Assembly (NCBI GenBank): GCA_016933615.1
Contig: JAFGAO010000086.1
Coordinates: 1 to 61,109, forward strand
Direction: 5' to 3'
Source of the DNA: Acidobacteriota bacterium
Lineage (GTDB): Bacteria > Acidobacteriota > UBA6911
Length of the DNA: 61,109 nucleotides
The notes beneath the pieces were generated by a model. That model was not told where the DNA came from. It was given only the letters and a program-made list of their open reading frames with translations, and did no database searches. A program made the translations under genes and the position numbers. Each line of letters starts with the position of its first letter. Within the stretch, counting starts at the first letter, position 1. This document shows positions 58,591 to 61,109 of the stretch, piece after piece.

Positions 58591-59889
58591 TTATTCTTTG
58601 ACTTCCTCCACCTCTAGCGCCAGGTCCTCAACTGCAACCACACGGACCGGCTTACCCTCGGCAATGGGCGATGAAGAACGCGCCGACCAGTATTCCCCCC
58701 GCACCTTCACGCGGCCTTTCCGGCCGATCTCGCTGTCGGCAAGGCCGACAAGGCCCACCATCCCCTGATTCCCCGTCGCCACCTTCTGCCGAAGGGACCG
58801 CAGCAGCGCGATCATCAGGATTATCAAAATGGCCGCAAAGGGCAGCGTCAGCGCCAGGGCCGAATACACGCCTATCCGGACCGCCGGATCCGGAGAATCG
58901 ATCAGTATCAGCATTCCGAAAATCATCGACACAATTCCTCCTATGCCGAGAACCCCGAATCCCCCCACTTTGACTTCCGCGACAAAAAGGCCTATCGCGA
59001 GAAGGATCAGCAGCGCTCCCACGTAATTGACTGGAAGAAAAGAGAATCCGAGGATGGACAACAACAGGCAAATGGCGCCTATCACCCCGGGGACAATGAA
59101 ACCCGGATTGGAGAACTCGAAATAGAGGAGCACCACCCCCGCGAGCCCCAGCAGCAGCGCCAGGTTCGGCTGGGAAATCACCGCAAGAATTTCCTCGCGC
59201 CATGTCATCCGGTAATCGACGAACTCCTGGCCGCGCGTTTCCAGAACCCGCTCCTCCCCGGAAAAAAGGCGCACCGGGTACCCTTCGAGCTTTTCAAGGA
59301 GCTCGGCTTCGTTTTCCGCGATAAAGTCGATCAGCCGGGATTCCAGCGCTTCGACTTCGGTGAAGGATTTGCTCTCAACCACCCCTTTTTCCGCCTCCTC
59401 CACGTTTCTCTGTCTTTTGCTCGTGATGCTGCGCAGGTACGCCGTGGCGTCGCTGGTTATCTTTTCCTCAAGCGTTTTTCCCGCCTCGCCTCCGCTGATG
59501 GGAATCCCGCCGATCGCCATTAGAGGATGCGCCGCTCCGGTATTCGTCCCGGGCGCCATCACGGCCACGTCGGCCGCCATGAGGATGAAGAAGCCGGCTG
59601 ACGCCGCTTTGGCGCCGCTTGGCGCCACGTAGACCACCGTGGGCGTGTTGCTGCTCAGCATGCGCCCGATAATTTCTTCCATCGACGATCCGAAACCGCC
59701 CGGAGTCTGAAGCTCGATCAGGATGAACTGGACTTTGTCCCTCTCGGCCTGGTCGATGCAGCGCATGACGAATCCCGCCGTCACCGGATCGATCGCGCCG
59801 TCGAGGGATACCCGGGCGATTTTGCCGAATCCCGGCATGCATGAAAATAAGAGTAAATATAAAAATACAGAGCCGCAAATTCTGTTCAT
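58591..59889 (-). CDS. nfeD: NfeD membrane-bound serine protease
   Basis: TPGG; AASAG; GAAHP; EKI; C-terminal OB fold GEYWSA; paired with slipin. Confidence 0.9.
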   Translation of the reverse strand: MNRICGSVFLYLLLFSCMPGFGKIARVSLDGAIDPVTAGFVMRCIDQAERDKVQFILIELQTPGGFGSSMEEIIGRMLSSNTPTVVYVAPSGAKAASAGFFILMAADVAVMAPGTNTGAAHPLMAIGGIPISGGEAGKTLEEKITSDATAYLRSITSKRQRNVEEAEKGVVESKSFTEVEALESRLIDFIAENEAELLEKLEGYPVRLFSGEERVLETRGQEFVDYRMTWREEILAVISQPNLALLLGLAGVVLLYFEFSNPGFIVPGVIGAICLLLSILGFSFLPVNYVGALLILLAIGLFVAEVKVGGFGVLGIGGIVSMIFGMLILIDSPDPAVRIGVYSALALTLPFAAILIILMIALLRSLRQKVATGNQGMVGLVGLADSEIGRKGRVKVRGEYWSARSSSPIAEGKPVRVVAVEDLALEVEEVKE

Positions 59890-60001
59890 GTCAATGTATG
59901 CCTAATTTTTTTCATAATAGCACAAACCCTAGATTAAAAGCTGAATGAACGCATGGATGGATGGAAATAACTTGTTCATTGGAAGGCAGGAACGTTGAAC
60001 G

Positions 60002-60910
60002 TTAAAACGTTTGAGGGAAAATATTTTCCGCGTGATACGAAGAACGAACCAGCGGACCGGACGCGACCGACCGGAAACCGAAAGATAAGGCGATGTCCTT
60101 GAAGCCGGCAAATTCCTCCGGCGTGTAGAATTTTTCAACGGGAAGATTTTTCCGCGCGGGCTGCAGGTACTGGCCGAGCGTGACGATATCCACACCGGCG
60201 CCCCGCAGGTCGCGCAAAACTTCCAGGATTTCATCCCTGCCTTCTCCCAGACCGAGCATGAGGCTCGATTTGGTAAGAATGCGGGACTTCATTCTTTTGG
60301 CCTCTGCCAGAACCTCCAGGGACCGGCGGTAACGGGACCCGGGCCGCACCGTACGGTACAGGCGGGGAACCGTCTCCACATTATGGGCCAGCACATCCGG
60401 GCCCGCTTCGACGACCGTACGGAGAGCCTCGGGATCCCCCTGAAAGTCCGGTATGAGGACCTCGATGCGTATGTCCCCGCATGCGATTTTCGTGCGGCGG
60501 ATCGTTTCGGCAAAAACCCGGGAGCCGCCGTCGTCCAGGTCGTCGCGGTCCACGGAGGTAAGAACGGCATAGCGCAATCCCATGTCTCGGATCGCACCGG
60601 CGATGCGCGCCGGTTCGTCTCGATCGTACGCTTCCGGCAGCCCGGTTTTTACGGCACAAAACCTGCAGGACCGGGTGCACACATCGCCCAGGATCATAAA
60701 AGTCGCGGTGCCGCTTCCCCAGCATTCGCCGATATTGGGGCAGCGGGCATCCTGGCAGACCGTATGAAGGTTCCGTTCCCGCACCAAAGACTTCAGCCTG
60801 TTGTAGCTCTCCCCCCCCGGCAACCGGACCTTGAGCCATTCCGGGCGCGGCTGCCGTCGCTTCCCGGCGGGCGGTTTCTCTTCTGAATCCGGATGCGGTT
60901 TCATAACCAT
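60002..60910 (-). CDS. lipA: Lipoyl synthase
   Basis: CQDARCPNIGEC; CTRSCRFC; RSSYHA; the track's N-terminal extension is translated REP sequence. Confidence 0.96.
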   Translation of the reverse strand: MVMKPHPDSEEKPPAGKRRQPRPEWLKVRLPGGESYNRLKSLVRERNLHTVCQDARCPNIGECWGSGTATFMILGDVCTRSCRFCAVKTGLPEAYDRDEPARIAGAIRDMGLRYAVLTSVDRDDLDDGGSRVFAETIRRTKIACGDIRIEVLIPDFQGDPEALRTVVEAGPDVLAHNVETVPRLYRTVRPGSRYRRSLEVLAEAKRMKSRILTKSSLMLGLGEGRDEILEVLRDLRGAGVDIVTLGQYLQPARKNLPVEKFYTPEEFAGFKDIALSFGFRSVASGPLVRSSYHAENIFPQTF

Positions 60911-60981
60911 AATTTCAATAATAGACGCAAACGCGGCATCAATAAATATAAAGAACTCCGAAGGAAAACGCGAACAGGAAT

Positions 60982-61109
60982 GTAGGGGCGAACCTTGTGT
61001 TCGCCCCAATACGGCAATAAGAAGAATCACATAGGGGAAATCCCTGACGGCTTTCAAATATTTTCTGAATTCGGAGGGCGAACCTTGTGTTCGCCCCAAT
61101 ACGGCAATA
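60982..61109. repeat. GTAG-type REP cluster; 34-bp direct repeat with 90-bp period, truncated by the window end
   Basis: GTAGGGGCGAACCTTGTGTTCGCCC at 60982; gggcgaaccttgtgttcgccccaatacggcaata at 60986-61019 and 61076-61109. Confidence 0.85.

Noticed and set aside
60911-61099. N-terminal extension of LipA (GRTQGSP repeats)
   Set aside because: It is translated REP DNA; LipA similarity starts near 60910.
60982-61109. Possible CRISPR array (34-bp repeats)
   Set aside because: Only two units with a 56-bp spacer; the core is a dispersed REP and there are no cas genes.

Overview
GC-rich bacterial contig, most likely from an anaerobic Acidobacteriota member. This is inferred from the Acidobacteria-type TonB-dependent receptor, the long LptC/LptA-type protein and the yicC-gmk-rpoZ-coaBC-udg-priA and lpt-rpoN-hpf-hprK-PTS gene orders. 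The right part (~24.5-61 kb) is mostly minus-strand housekeeping genes: lipA, nfeD/slipin, lnt, frameshifted prfB, lptB, rpoN, regulatory PTS, msbA-like, gmk, rpoZ, coaBC, era, udg, priA, pyrG, kdsA/kdsD and tRNA-Gly(CCC). The left part (1-24.4 kb, downstream of the tRNA) is accessory. The main hidden feature is a selenoprotein that the ORF track splits in two: ORFs 4845-5255 and 5322-6614 are in frame and joined by one TGA (5253-5255) in a U-W-G-C motif, followed by a SECIS-like hairpin. Read through, it is a ~587-aa UGSC-family protein with an export signal. It lies in an apparent operon between an orphan, motif-divergent xanthine-oxidoreductase-family molybdoenzyme subunit (catalytic Glu position apparently His) and phosphotransacetylase, which may be an undescribed Mo/Se redox module. 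Also present are a kinase-CBS-receiver::DASS transporter cassette, an Ig-domain sulfatase lipoprotein, gene remnants, REP-like palindromes, a ~40-bp MITE-like element and heptamer microrepeats. No CRISPR array, integrase or transposase was found.
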